From assembly GCA_040218735.1 (NCBI GenBank), contig JAVJQW010000051.1, positions 1 through 12,293 on the forward strand: a stretch of 12,293 bases of DNA. The letters are read 5' to 3'. The notes beneath the pieces were generated by a model, which did no database searches, was not told the DNA's origin, and was given only the letters and a program-made list of their open reading frames with translations. Both the position numbers and the translations under genes were made by a program. This DNA comes from Deltaproteobacteria bacterium. Lineage in GTDB: Bacteria > Myxococcota > Kuafuiibacteriia > Kuafuiibacteriales > Kuafuiibacteriaceae. Position 1 is the first letter of the stretch. Each line of letters begins with the position of its first letter. Below, in pieces: positions 1 through 6,634 of the stretch.

Positions 1-1017
1 CAGCCGGTCACGGCCTGGCCGGAAGTACAGCCTCAGGTACTCGCCGCTCAGGTCGTAGACGATCGCACGCTCGCCGCGCGCACGAATCTGATCGAGCAGG
101 TCCTTGCAGGCCGTCGACTTCCCCGAGCCCGGCGAGCCGCAGAGGAGCACGTGGTAGCACTCCTTGCCGGCCTCGAGCTCCACCCCGGCGAGGCGGTAGC
201 CGCCCTCGCCTCCTCCCCCGAAGCGCACGCGCCACTGACGGCGCGCCAGCGCGATCCCGACCGCGGCCCACGCCGCGATGAACACGTAGCCCGCCACGAG
301 GTGGAGCACAGAGCGTCCACCGAACCGCGCACGCTGCGTGACGACCGCGGCCTCGCCGCTTCGAAACGCCCCATCGATCCAGAGCACGTCCGGCGACCAC
401 TCCGGCGCGAGCAGGCCCCGCACCGCGGGGGCCGCGACGAACGCCTCGGCCTTCGCGTAGACCGCGAGCTCCGCCGGCGGGGCGTCGAAGACGACGGAGG
501 CGAGCGGCGCCGCGAGCGCCACACTCGCCAGTCCATGCAGGGCACGCCCTCGGCGACGGCGCTCGCGCTCGTGCGCCGCGTGGTCGCGAAGGATCGCGCC
601 GCGCCGCTGCCGCGCCCCGAAGATCGCTTCGCGGTACGCGCGCAACGCGAGCCACAACAGCAGAGCCGCGACCGTGGAGATCAGGGCCGCGCGCGCGAGC
701 CACTGACGGAAGAGAAAGACGATCGAGCGACGGCCGAACACCTCGAAGTAGCGGCGCTGGATCTGCTCCGCCGTGACGTCGACGTTCGACAAACTGCGCG
801 CGAGCTCGGCGGGAACTTCGTCGAAGACCGAGGCCACGAAGTAGGCCGAGAGGTCGCCCGCGTCCGCCCCCTCGGGGAGCGTTGCGAGGAGCGAAGCGAA
901 GCCGAGCGCCAGCCCGACGACGACACAGAGTGCGACCGCGAAGCCGAGCGCCCTCGCCCACTGCCGGTACTGATGCGCGGCGAAGTCACCGGCCTCGGCG
1001 TAGCCCGGACGTCGCAT
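1..1017 (-). CDS. traD: Type IV coupling protein (TrwB/TraD family), 5' part; runs off the left edge
   Basis: Manual translation from ATG at 1017 is open for 339 codons to the edge (MRRPGYAEAGDFAAHQ...). N-terminal hydrophobic segments are followed by ECYHVLLCGSPGSGKSTACKDLLDQIRARGERAIVYDLSGEYLRLYFRPGRD, i.e. Walker A (115-138) plus the RG.RAIVYD..GEY signature of TrwB/TraD. Starts 3 nt after the stop of the upstream RHH gene. Confidence 0.92.
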   Translation of the reverse strand, partial: MRRPGYAEAGDFAAHQYRQWARALGFAVALCVVVGLALGFASLLATLPEGADAGDLSAYFVASVFDEVPAELARSLSNVDVTAEQIQRRYFEVFGRRSIVFLFRQWLARAALISTVAALLLWLALRAYREAIFGARQRRGAILRDHAAHERERRRRGRALHGLASVALAAPLASVVFDAPPAELAVYAKAEAFVAAPAVRGLLAPEWSPDVLWIDGAFRSGEAAVVTQRARFGGRSVLHLVAGYVFIAAWAAVGIALARRQWRVRFGGGGEGGYRLAGVELEAGKECYHVLLCGSPGSGKSTACKDLLDQIRARGERAIVYDLSGEYLRLYFRPGRDRL

Positions 1018-1020
1018 GAC

Positions 1021-1338
1021 CTACGCCTCGGCTCCACGCGCGGGTCGCGCGTCTTCCTCGCCGTCCTCGTCAGAATCCTCGAGGTAGGCCCACGCGCGCC
1101 GCATGACTTCGTCCACCCGTGCGGCGGGAATCTTGTGGAGCTCGGCCTGGAAATGCTGGAGCTGAATGAGCCGGGCACGGACGTCCATGAGGTGCTCGGT
1201 GAGGTCGCGGAGCGACAGCTGTCGTTCGAGGATCGAAGCCGCGACAGTACGCGCCGGGAGGCGCTCGTCCGCGGCCCGGTCCTCGATCTCGGCCCACGTC
1301 TTCGACTCGATGCGCAGCGTGATCTTCTTCTTCGCCAT
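1021..1338 (-). CDS. Ribbon-helix-helix protein, probable TrwA-like relaxosome accessory factor (105 aa)
   Basis: MAKKKITLRIESKTWAEIEDRAADERLPARTVAASILERQL shows an alternating beta strand followed by two helices, with an acidic C-terminal tail. GGAGG lies upstream of ATG 1338. Position between the putative oriT and the coupling protein matches R388 oriT-trwA-trwB. Confidence 0.75.
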   Translation of the reverse strand: MAKKKITLRIESKTWAEIEDRAADERLPARTVAASILERQLSLRDLTEHLMDVRARLIQLQHFQAELHKIPAARVDEVMRRAWAYLEDSDEDGEEDARPARGAEA

Positions 1339-1438
1339 CGAACAAACCCCTCCCATCCGCTCGGCGCGAGCGGGCGGTGATGCGGGCAGCCCAGCCGCCC
1401 GTTATGACTCATGAAAAGGCACGGTCGAAGCCGCGCCG

Positions 1439-1458
1439 AGCGGCTCTAACGAGCCGCT
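1439..1458. promoter_or_regulatory. Perfect 8-bp inverted repeat in the oriT/trwA-like upstream region
   Basis: AGCGGCTC-TAAC-GAGCCGCT. The repeat is seen directly; its function is unknown. Confidence 0.45.
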
Positions 1459-1534
1459 ACTGTCGTCGACTTGCTAACGCGGTCGCCCGACACACAAACA
1501 TCCGATATCACTCCGGATATCAGCAAACACGACC

Positions 1535-1563
1535 GCAAACGGAGGTTGCATAGTGTGTGATGG
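1535..1563 (+). other. Candidate oriT nic region (MOBF-like), predicted nick at 1558/1559
   Basis: GCAAAC-GGA-GGTTGC is an imperfect inverted repeat running into TTGCATAGTGTGT^GATGG, close to the F/R100-type nic sequence as I recall it (TTGCGTAGTGTGT^GGTG). Non-coding, upstream of RHH-T4CP, and oriented so the MOB genes would transfer last. Confidence 0.65.
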
Positions 1564-1576
1564 TATTCTCAGGGGT

Positions 1577-1593
1577 CTGGGGCGGAGCCCCAG
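1577..1593. other. GC-rich hairpin immediately 3' of the putative nic
   Basis: CTGGGGC-GGA-GCCCCAG, a perfect 7-bp stem with a GGA loop. Confidence 0.55.
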
Positions 1594-1598
1594 TCTGC

Positions 1599-1767
1599 GG
1601 GCCGCGCGGCCCATCTCCCCAAACCCGACGGATCTCGCGACAGCGATCCGACTATGGGCCGCGCGGCCCATCTCCCCAAACCCGACGGATCTCGCGACAG
1701 CGATCCGACTATGGGCCGCGCGGCCCATCCCCCCAAACCCGACGGATCTCGCGACAGCGATCCGACT
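1599..1767. repeat. 57-bp tandem repeat x3 with internal palindrome; candidate parS/sopC-like centromere
   Basis: Units start at 1599, 1656 and 1713 and are almost identical. The perfect palindrome ATGGGCCGCGCGGCCCAT lies at 1654-1671 and 1711-1728, with a 14-bp core at 1599-1612. The array ends 7 nt from the parB stop. Confidence 0.9.
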
Positions 1768-1774
1768 CATCGAA

Positions 1775-2713
1775 CTAGTCCTCCCCGTCAGCCGTCTTCG
1801 CCTCGCGGCGTTCAGCGGCGCGCTTGAGACGGCGGAGTTCCCGCAGAGCAGAGCGAAGGCTCTCCACCGCCTCCTCTGCCTCGGCGGCAGTCGCCGATGC
1901 CTTAAGACGAAGCGCAGGAAGTCGGAAGTTGCCCTTGGCATCAACGAACCCGTCGGTCGTCGGCGCGCTCTTCGCGGCGGCGGTGGGTCCTGCGACGAGC
2001 GCAGCGAGCTGGCGCCGGAACGACCCGAGCGACAAGGGCGGGTCCGCAAGCAGTAGCTCGAAGAGTTGCGTCTGGAGCTCGAGGGGCGCGTCCCAGCCCT
2101 TGAGCTGCTGGAACGCTTCCGCTGCCCGCAGGGGGAAACGAGGGTTCTGTGCTGCCGCCGCGAACGCCGAAGAGCGCTCGGCGCAGGCGTTTAGTGCATC
2201 CAGCCGGAAGATCGTTCGGCGGTTGAGGCCAGTCAGTGCTTCAATCGTTGTTCGCGACCAGCCCCGGTCGAGCGATGCCTTAACCTGACGAGCCTGGTCA
2301 TAGAGTGTGAGGTCGTTCCTGCGGAAGTTCTCAACAAACGCCAGCTGTCGGGCCTGATCGAGGGTGATATTGCGGTAGATGCGCGCGAAAGCGTCGCGCT
2401 TGCCGCAGATCTCAGTGTTCAGAGCACGTACGCGTGAGTGACCCCAGATCGTGTAGTAGAAGGTCTCGGCGCCATCCTGCCGCTGCTCCCAAAGTCCGAT
2501 CGGCTCTAGTTGGTCGTGTTTCGCGATCGACTCAGCCAGTTCGTCGATGTCGTGGTACGTGGAGCGCTGCTCAAGGTCGGCGTGGGTACGGATCCGACTC
2601 AGCGGAACCCAAGCTGCACCTCTAACGGCATCGGAATCGGAAGCCAACGTCTTCGCGACAACGTCTAGTTCCGCTGATGGCTTACGGGGAGGCTGAAAGG
2701 TCAAGTCAGTCAT
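1775..2713 (-). CDS. parB: ParB/RepB/Spo0J family partition protein (312 aa)
   Basis: IDELAESIAKHDQLEPIGL, IWGHSRVRAL (GxxRxxA), ENFRRNDLTLYDQA and HTH GWSRTTIEALTGLNRRTIFRL. Start placed at ATG 2713, overlapping the parA 3' end; the ORF-track start at 2875 lies deep inside parA. Confidence 0.92.
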   Translation of the reverse strand: MTDLTFQPPRKPSAELDVVAKTLASDSDAVRGAAWVPLSRIRTHADLEQRSTYHDIDELAESIAKHDQLEPIGLWEQRQDGAETFYYTIWGHSRVRALNTEICGKRDAFARIYRNITLDQARQLAFVENFRRNDLTLYDQARQVKASLDRGWSRTTIEALTGLNRRTIFRLDALNACAERSSAFAAAAQNPRFPLRAAEAFQQLKGWDAPLELQTQLFELLLADPPLSLGSFRRQLAALVAGPTAAAKSAPTTDGFVDAKGNFRLPALRLKASATAAEAEEAVESLRSALRELRRLKRAAERREAKTADGED

Positions 2714-3485
2714 GGTGTCTATCCAGTTCTGCCGCAAGGCTGGTGTAGTCCTCAGCGCCACGTGAGCGAGGTGCGAAACGAAGGATATCCTGCGCGGAGC
2801 CGGCTGCGCGCACGAGTTCGGCGTTGGTGCGGATGATGGTCTCGCAGCGTGCGAGCTCGATATCCTGTTGTGCAAGGAAGGACGTCTTCAGGGCGTGGTC
2901 CAGGCTTTCGGACGTCGAATCGTGTAACGAGGTGCGACGATCGTACTGGGTCAGAAGCACGAAGGCGCGGGGAGGCTTCGGGCGCGTCTCGGCGACGGAC
3001 GAGAGGCGGCTTAGCGTGCGAACGAAGCTGTGCGCACCGAAGTACTCGGGTTGCATCGGGATGAGCACGAGATCGGCGAGAAACAGCGTGCTCGTGGTAA
3101 GGAAACCAATGGACGGACGAGTGTCGAAGACGACCCGGTCGTAGCCAGACGGAACCACCTTGTGTTGAAACAGATGGCTCGCTGCGGGATCCGTCACGAG
3201 GGAGTACTCAAGCGGGTCGAGGTCGATTGTCGCAGGCAGGAGGTCAAGATTCTCGCGGACGGAAGCGTGAATTACGCTCTCGGCCGTCGCTTGGCGCTGC
3301 AGAACGCTGGCCAGGGAGCCTGAGAGTTCGTCCGGGTTGAGCCCCAGGTGCAGGGTTGCATTCGCCTGGGGGTCAGCATCGACCAGCAGAGTCTTGTGGC
3401 CGCGGTCCGCTAGCGCCGCAGCCAGATTGACTGCGGTCGTTGTCTTGCCGACGCCGCCCTTGAGGTTGGTAACGGTAATGATCAC
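2706..3485 (-). CDS. parA: ParA/Soj family Walker-type ATPase (259 aa)
   Basis: Deviant Walker A KGGVGKTT, LLVDADPQANAT, YDRVVFDTRPS and C-terminal PRSRGAEDYTSLAAEL. No N-terminal HTH. The GTG start overlaps the rep stop (GTGA). Confidence 0.97.
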   Translation of the reverse strand: MIITVTNLKGGVGKTTTAVNLAAALADRGHKTLLVDADPQANATLHLGLNPDELSGSLASVLQRQATAESVIHASVRENLDLLPATIDLDPLEYSLVTDPAASHLFQHKVVPSGYDRVVFDTRPSIGFLTTSTLFLADLVLIPMQPEYFGAHSFVRTLSRLSSVAETRPKPPRAFVLLTQYDRRTSLHDSTSESLDHALKTSFLAQQDIELARCETIIRTNAELVRAAGSAQDILRFAPRSRGAEDYTSLAAELDRHHD

Positions 3486-5026
3486 TTGGCGCTCTCCAGA
3501 ACGTCGAATCCGTGAAAGTCGCTGAGTCGCGTGCGAAGGGCTGCGACATCAGGCGAACCGTGGAAGTCTTCTCGTGGCATGGCCCCTAGCGTTTCGAGGC
3601 GAAGTTCGTGGACAAGACCGGTGATCATGTTGTCGCGAATGGTTGGGTACGCCAGGCGTCCGGCTGGCAGGTCTTGGTCGGCGCGTACTGTGGCTCGGTC
3701 GAGCAAAGCGCCTTCATCGAGCGGAGTGCGCCTGGCGAGCGCGTCGACGTAGCGAGGCCATAGGGCTTCGACTTCTGCGCGGTCGCGATCGCGATCGCGA
3801 TCGCCTTGGCGACGGCTCCGCTCCGCGACCGCCGCGTCGAGGTAACGCCCTACCCCCTTGAGCCAGAGAATCTGTTCGCCCGACTGCGTTCGTCTGTGCA
3901 GGTCGGCTGCGATGACGATTAGCTCCAAGAGTTCTGCGAGCGGGTACTTCTTGAGCCATTCCCGCGCGGTGCTCAAGTCTGCATCGCGCGGCGGGGGCGG
4001 TTCCGCGGTAGCCGGCAATCCGTGGAACTGCCGTTGGAAGCGAACGACGACATCGTTCGCGGGACCTGAGGGCCGGACCGACCTTCCCTTCCCCCTCTCC
4101 GGCTCGTTGATGACGAGTTCGTTTGTTTGAGCTGCGATTCGCCGAAACGTAAAGCGGAAGTCCTTGGGCCGTCGGTCGACCTCGAGTCGAACCGCAACCC
4201 CCAGGCCGTTCAGTCGGGAGAGCGAATCTGCCACGCGGTCAAGGGCGTAGGCGGATGCGCTACGCCCACCCATCTCGAGCCGGCGCGACTGCAGAAGCAG
4301 TTTGTAGCGCGCGAAGTTCTGGCAGCTGGCAACGACCTGTTCGTCCTTCCGCGCGAGTTGGCGGTCGAGCCAACGATACAGAGTCAAGTCGAGGGGCTTC
4401 TCGATCGCAAGCCAGGTTCGAATGTCCAGCGGCTTTGTATACTGGGCCCGAACGGAGTCATAGATGAAGGAGCCCCAACGAATCTTGAAGGGAGTTCCGA
4501 GGCGAAGCTCCGGTCGCACCTCAATCAGCTGATCGAAGAGAGCGGCGTTGACCTTGATGTGGCGCCCAGCTGCGCGATCGTACCAGCGGTCGTGGTGAAT
4601 GCGAGTGGCGGCGATTCGATAGAGCTCGCGGTGGATCGCTGCGAGAGTACGACCGTTCGGGGCGTACTGGCGGTGCGGGTACATGAACCGCGTGAGCTGC
4701 GACAGTTTGAAGTGGACGTGCGGATCCTCGAAACCGTTCTCCTCGCGAGTCATCCAGAGGAGGGCGAGAACAACTCGCTGCGCGATGGCTGTGGGGAGCG
4801 AATCGCCAGACGTCGCGAGATAGCACGTTCCGTCAGGGGAAAGGTCCGCCGTGCGTCGATTAGGAGTCGTTCGAGGGAGAGTGAAGGGGATCTCAACGAG
4901 GTTGAGTTCGTCGTAAGCGATCCGGTCGACGCGATCGAGCTCGAAGAGTGTTGGCTGCTGCTCGCGCACGTCCATAGACATTCCGCCGAGAGGCTTACGT
5001 AATCCTGTATTTCGGTCAATAGTCAC
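3482..5026 (-). CDS. repA: Plasmid replication initiator protein (RepA, probably 'replication initiator protein A' type)
   Basis: Motifs DELNLVEIPF, LPTAIAQRVVLALL, FKLSQL...NGRTLAAIHRELYRI and YTKPLDIRTWLAIEKPLDLTLYRWLD resemble winged-helix plasmid initiators. Adjacent to iterons and coupled to parAB. Start uncertain (GTG 5026 or the downstream MSMD). Confidence 0.8.
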   Translation of the reverse strand: MTIDRNTGLRKPLGGMSMDVREQQPTLFELDRVDRIAYDELNLVEIPFTLPRTTPNRRTADLSPDGTCYLATSGDSLPTAIAQRVVLALLWMTREENGFEDPHVHFKLSQLTRFMYPHRQYAPNGRTLAAIHRELYRIAATRIHHDRWYDRAAGRHIKVNAALFDQLIEVRPELRLGTPFKIRWGSFIYDSVRAQYTKPLDIRTWLAIEKPLDLTLYRWLDRQLARKDEQVVASCQNFARYKLLLQSRRLEMGGRSASAYALDRVADSLSRLNGLGVAVRLEVDRRPKDFRFTFRRIAAQTNELVINEPERGKGRSVRPSGPANDVVVRFQRQFHGLPATAEPPPPRDADLSTAREWLKKYPLAELLELIVIAADLHRRTQSGEQILWLKGVGRYLDAAVAERSRRQGDRDRDRDRAEVEALWPRYVDALARRTPLDEGALLDRATVRADQDLPAGRLAYPTIRDNMITGLVHELRLETLGAMPREDFHGSPDVAALRTRLSDFHGFDVLESAK

Positions 5027-5096
5027 TCACGGTTCCCCGTGTCGTGAGCTTAAGCATGACGCGTGCCAACGAAACTGGGCGGTGGTGGGGCCTGTG

Positions 5097-5129
5097 TTTA
5101 GATCATTTAGATCATTTAGATCATTTAGA
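5097..5129. repeat. AT-rich 9-bp tandem repeat (TTTAGATCA x3 + TTTAGA), probable DNA-unwinding element of oriV
   Basis: Read directly from the sequence. Lies between the iterons and the rep start; each full unit contains GATC. Confidence 0.8.
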
Positions 5130-5171
5130 GGCGGAAAAGCTAAGTATTCCTAGTGGGTTACAGGGTGATTT

Positions 5172-5296
5172 TGTCTACTAGGGTGCGTGGATTTGTTCAC
5201 TGACGTGCGTGGATCTGTCTACTGGGGTGCGCGGATTTGTTCACTGACGTGCGTGAAGTTGTACATTGACGTGCGTGGTGTTCACTGACGTGCGCG
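5172..5296. repeat. Six 18-bp iterons (oriV)
   Basis: TGTCTACTAGGGTGCGTG 5172, TGTTCACTGACGTGCGTG 5194, TGTCTACTGGGGTGCGCG 5216, TGTTCACTGACGTGCGTG 5238, TGTACATTGACGTGCGTG 5260, TGTTCACTGACGTGCGCG 5279. Spacing 22, 22, 22, 22, 19 bp. Confidence 0.9.
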
Positions 5297-5365
5297 AAGG
5301 GCGCTCGTCGAGAGCGCTCGGACGTGCAGTGATCTCGGGATGATGAAGGCTACTAGGAGAGCCTG

Positions 5366-5605
5366 TCAGGGCGCTTCGTCGCCTTGGGGGGGGCGTGTGC
5401 GGAGAGCCGCGGTAGCCAGCGTCCAGAAGCGCTCAATCTCTTGGGGCGTGTGGTGGCCGGACTGGGTGAGGTCGACCATGATGAAGTACTCGAGGCGGGC
5501 ACGCATCGACACGCGCTGAGAGGCGCAGAGGGTCTTGAAAGCGTGAAGCAGCTCGTTATCGAGTTGGAATGTGACGTTCCTGAGGTCCTGCGTCTCCTCG
5601 GACAT
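5366..5605 (-). CDS. Small ribbon-helix-helix DNA-binding protein, ParG/CopG-like (79 aa)
   Basis: MSEETQDLRNVTFQLDNELLHAFKTLCASQRVSMRARLEYFI matches the ParG-type RHH pattern. Co-oriented with and upstream of rep-parAB. Confidence 0.75.
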   Translation of the reverse strand: MSEETQDLRNVTFQLDNELLHAFKTLCASQRVSMRARLEYFIMVDLTQSGHHTPQEIERFWTLATAALRTRPPQGDEAP

Positions 5606-5706
5606 GCTTGGCCGCGGAGGTTGCCACAAGCCCCGGAAAACAGGAAATCAATAAGCGGGAGCTTGAATGACGACCCTTAAATATGTAAACAAGTACCAAG
5701 CGAAAG

Positions 5707-5729
5707 CTAACCACCAAATTGGCGGTTAG
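5707..5729. promoter_or_regulatory. Inverted repeat, candidate operator
   Basis: CTAACCACCAA-A-TTGGCGGTTAG, 11-bp arms with one mismatch, in the divergent intergenic region. Confidence 0.5.
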
Positions 5730-5754
5730 ACAAACTACCCTGACCTCAAGCAGA

Positions 5755-5806
5755 GCGTCGAAATGCGTCAATTCGCGTCGTGACGCGTATTGACGCGAGT
5801 TGACGT
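5755..5806. promoter_or_regulatory. Phased inverted-repeat array, candidate RHH operator
   Basis: GCGTC at 5755, 5765, 5775 and TGACG at 5781, 5791, 5801 (10-bp period). Core arms 5765-5779 and 5782-5796 pair at 14 of 15 positions. Confidence 0.6.
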
Positions 5807-5997
5807 CGTATTCGGCAAGTAATCGGGGCCAGAAAGTACGCGATGTTCGTTTCATCGCGTCGGCACAGGATGTGCTCTAGCAGCGACCGTTCGTCACGAG
5901 CGTGGTGACGTCATCCTGCCCTTCGGGGGCGTGGATGTCCAGGGACCGCGCGTAACCGCCTCTGCCGGTCTGCGGCGGAGGGCAAGGAAACGAGTCA

Positions 5998-6300
5998 ATG
6001 CTGAAACGGATTCGCCATCCGCAGGGATGGGTGCGCCTAGTTGTGTTCTGCGCGGTCTTCGCCTTCACGGAGGCCGTCTATGCCCAAAGCGGCTTTCTGC
6101 GCGACATCGAGAGCAAGGCCACGCAGCTCGTCGACGGCGTCTTGGCCGTGGCGAAGGTGGTGCTCATCGCGGCGCTGATCTTCTTCGGTGTGCAGGTCGC
6201 GCGCGGGGACCGCGAGGCGTGGGGCCGGGCGATCGCGGTGTTCGTGGGCATCTTGGTGGTGTTCCAGGCCAAGAACATCATCGCCTGGATCGGCTCCTGA
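5998..6300 (+). CDS. virB2: VirB2/TrbC-family pilin
   Basis: 100 aa with a signal peptide ending AVYA|Q and two hydrophobic helices separated by RGDREAWGR. AAGGA upstream. First gene of the T4SS operon. Confidence 0.85.
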   Translation: MLKRIRHPQGWVRLVVFCAVFAFTEAVYAQSGFLRDIESKATQLVDGVLAVAKVVLIAALIFFGVQVARGDREAWGRAIAVFVGILVVFQAKNIIAWIGS

Positions 6301-6310
6301 GGTCGCGGCG

Positions 6311-6634
6311 ATGCGAAACCGCGTCTACCGGTCGATCGAGGGGCGCAGCCGAGGCCTTCTGGGTTTCGGCGCGCAGGAAGCCGCCTGTGCGGCGCTGACG
6401 GGCGTTCTCGGATTCTGGGTCCTGGGCCCGGCGTTCGGGCTCGCGTCCGCTGTGGGGGCGCTGGGGGGCCTTCTCGCGTGGCGGCGTTCGGACGGCGACC
6501 GAAGCGACTACGTGCAGGCCGCTCGGCGGCGCTGGCTCCAAGGCCGCCGGGTCTACCGGCTCGTCGAAGCCGACGCCGCGGCCTGCGTGCCGGCGATGGC
6601 GCCGAGCTCGCGGACGGGGAGGGGGCAGGGATGA
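6311..6634 (+). CDS. VirB3/TraL-like inner membrane protein (107 aa)
   Basis: MRNRVYRSIEGRSRGLLGF followed by two hydrophobic segments and a basic tail. Directly follows the pilin, with GAGGT upstream of ATG 6311. Confidence 0.7.
   Translation: MRNRVYRSIEGRSRGLLGFGAQEAACAALTGVLGFWVLGPAFGLASAVGALGGLLAWRRSDGDRSDYVQAARRRWLQGRRVYRLVEADAAACVPAMAPSSRTGRGQG

Noticed and set aside
8-1412. ORFs 8..961 (-), 48..545 (-), 151..1380 (+) and 681..1412 (-)
   Set aside because: Arg/Ser/Ala-rich shadow frames of the real T4CP and RHH genes, as expected in high-GC DNA.
1599-1767. CRISPR array
   Set aside because: Units are near-identical along their whole length with no unique spacers, and no cas genes are present.
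1474-2056. ORFs 1553..2056 (+), 1474..2049 (-) and 1557..1778 (+) with repeated 19-aa peptides
   Set aside because: The periodicity simply reflects the 57-bp DNA repeat; these frames overlap parB and/or the oriT region.
4127-5002. 291-aa plus-strand ORF opposite rep
   Set aside because: Entirely antisense to rep with no recognisable domain.
5030-5365. DnaA box in oriV
   Set aside because: No convincing TTATCCACA-like match was seen.
5740-5830. Sigma70 promoters from the TTGACG hexamers
   Set aside because: No good -10 element at 16-18 bp on either strand, so no promoter is called.
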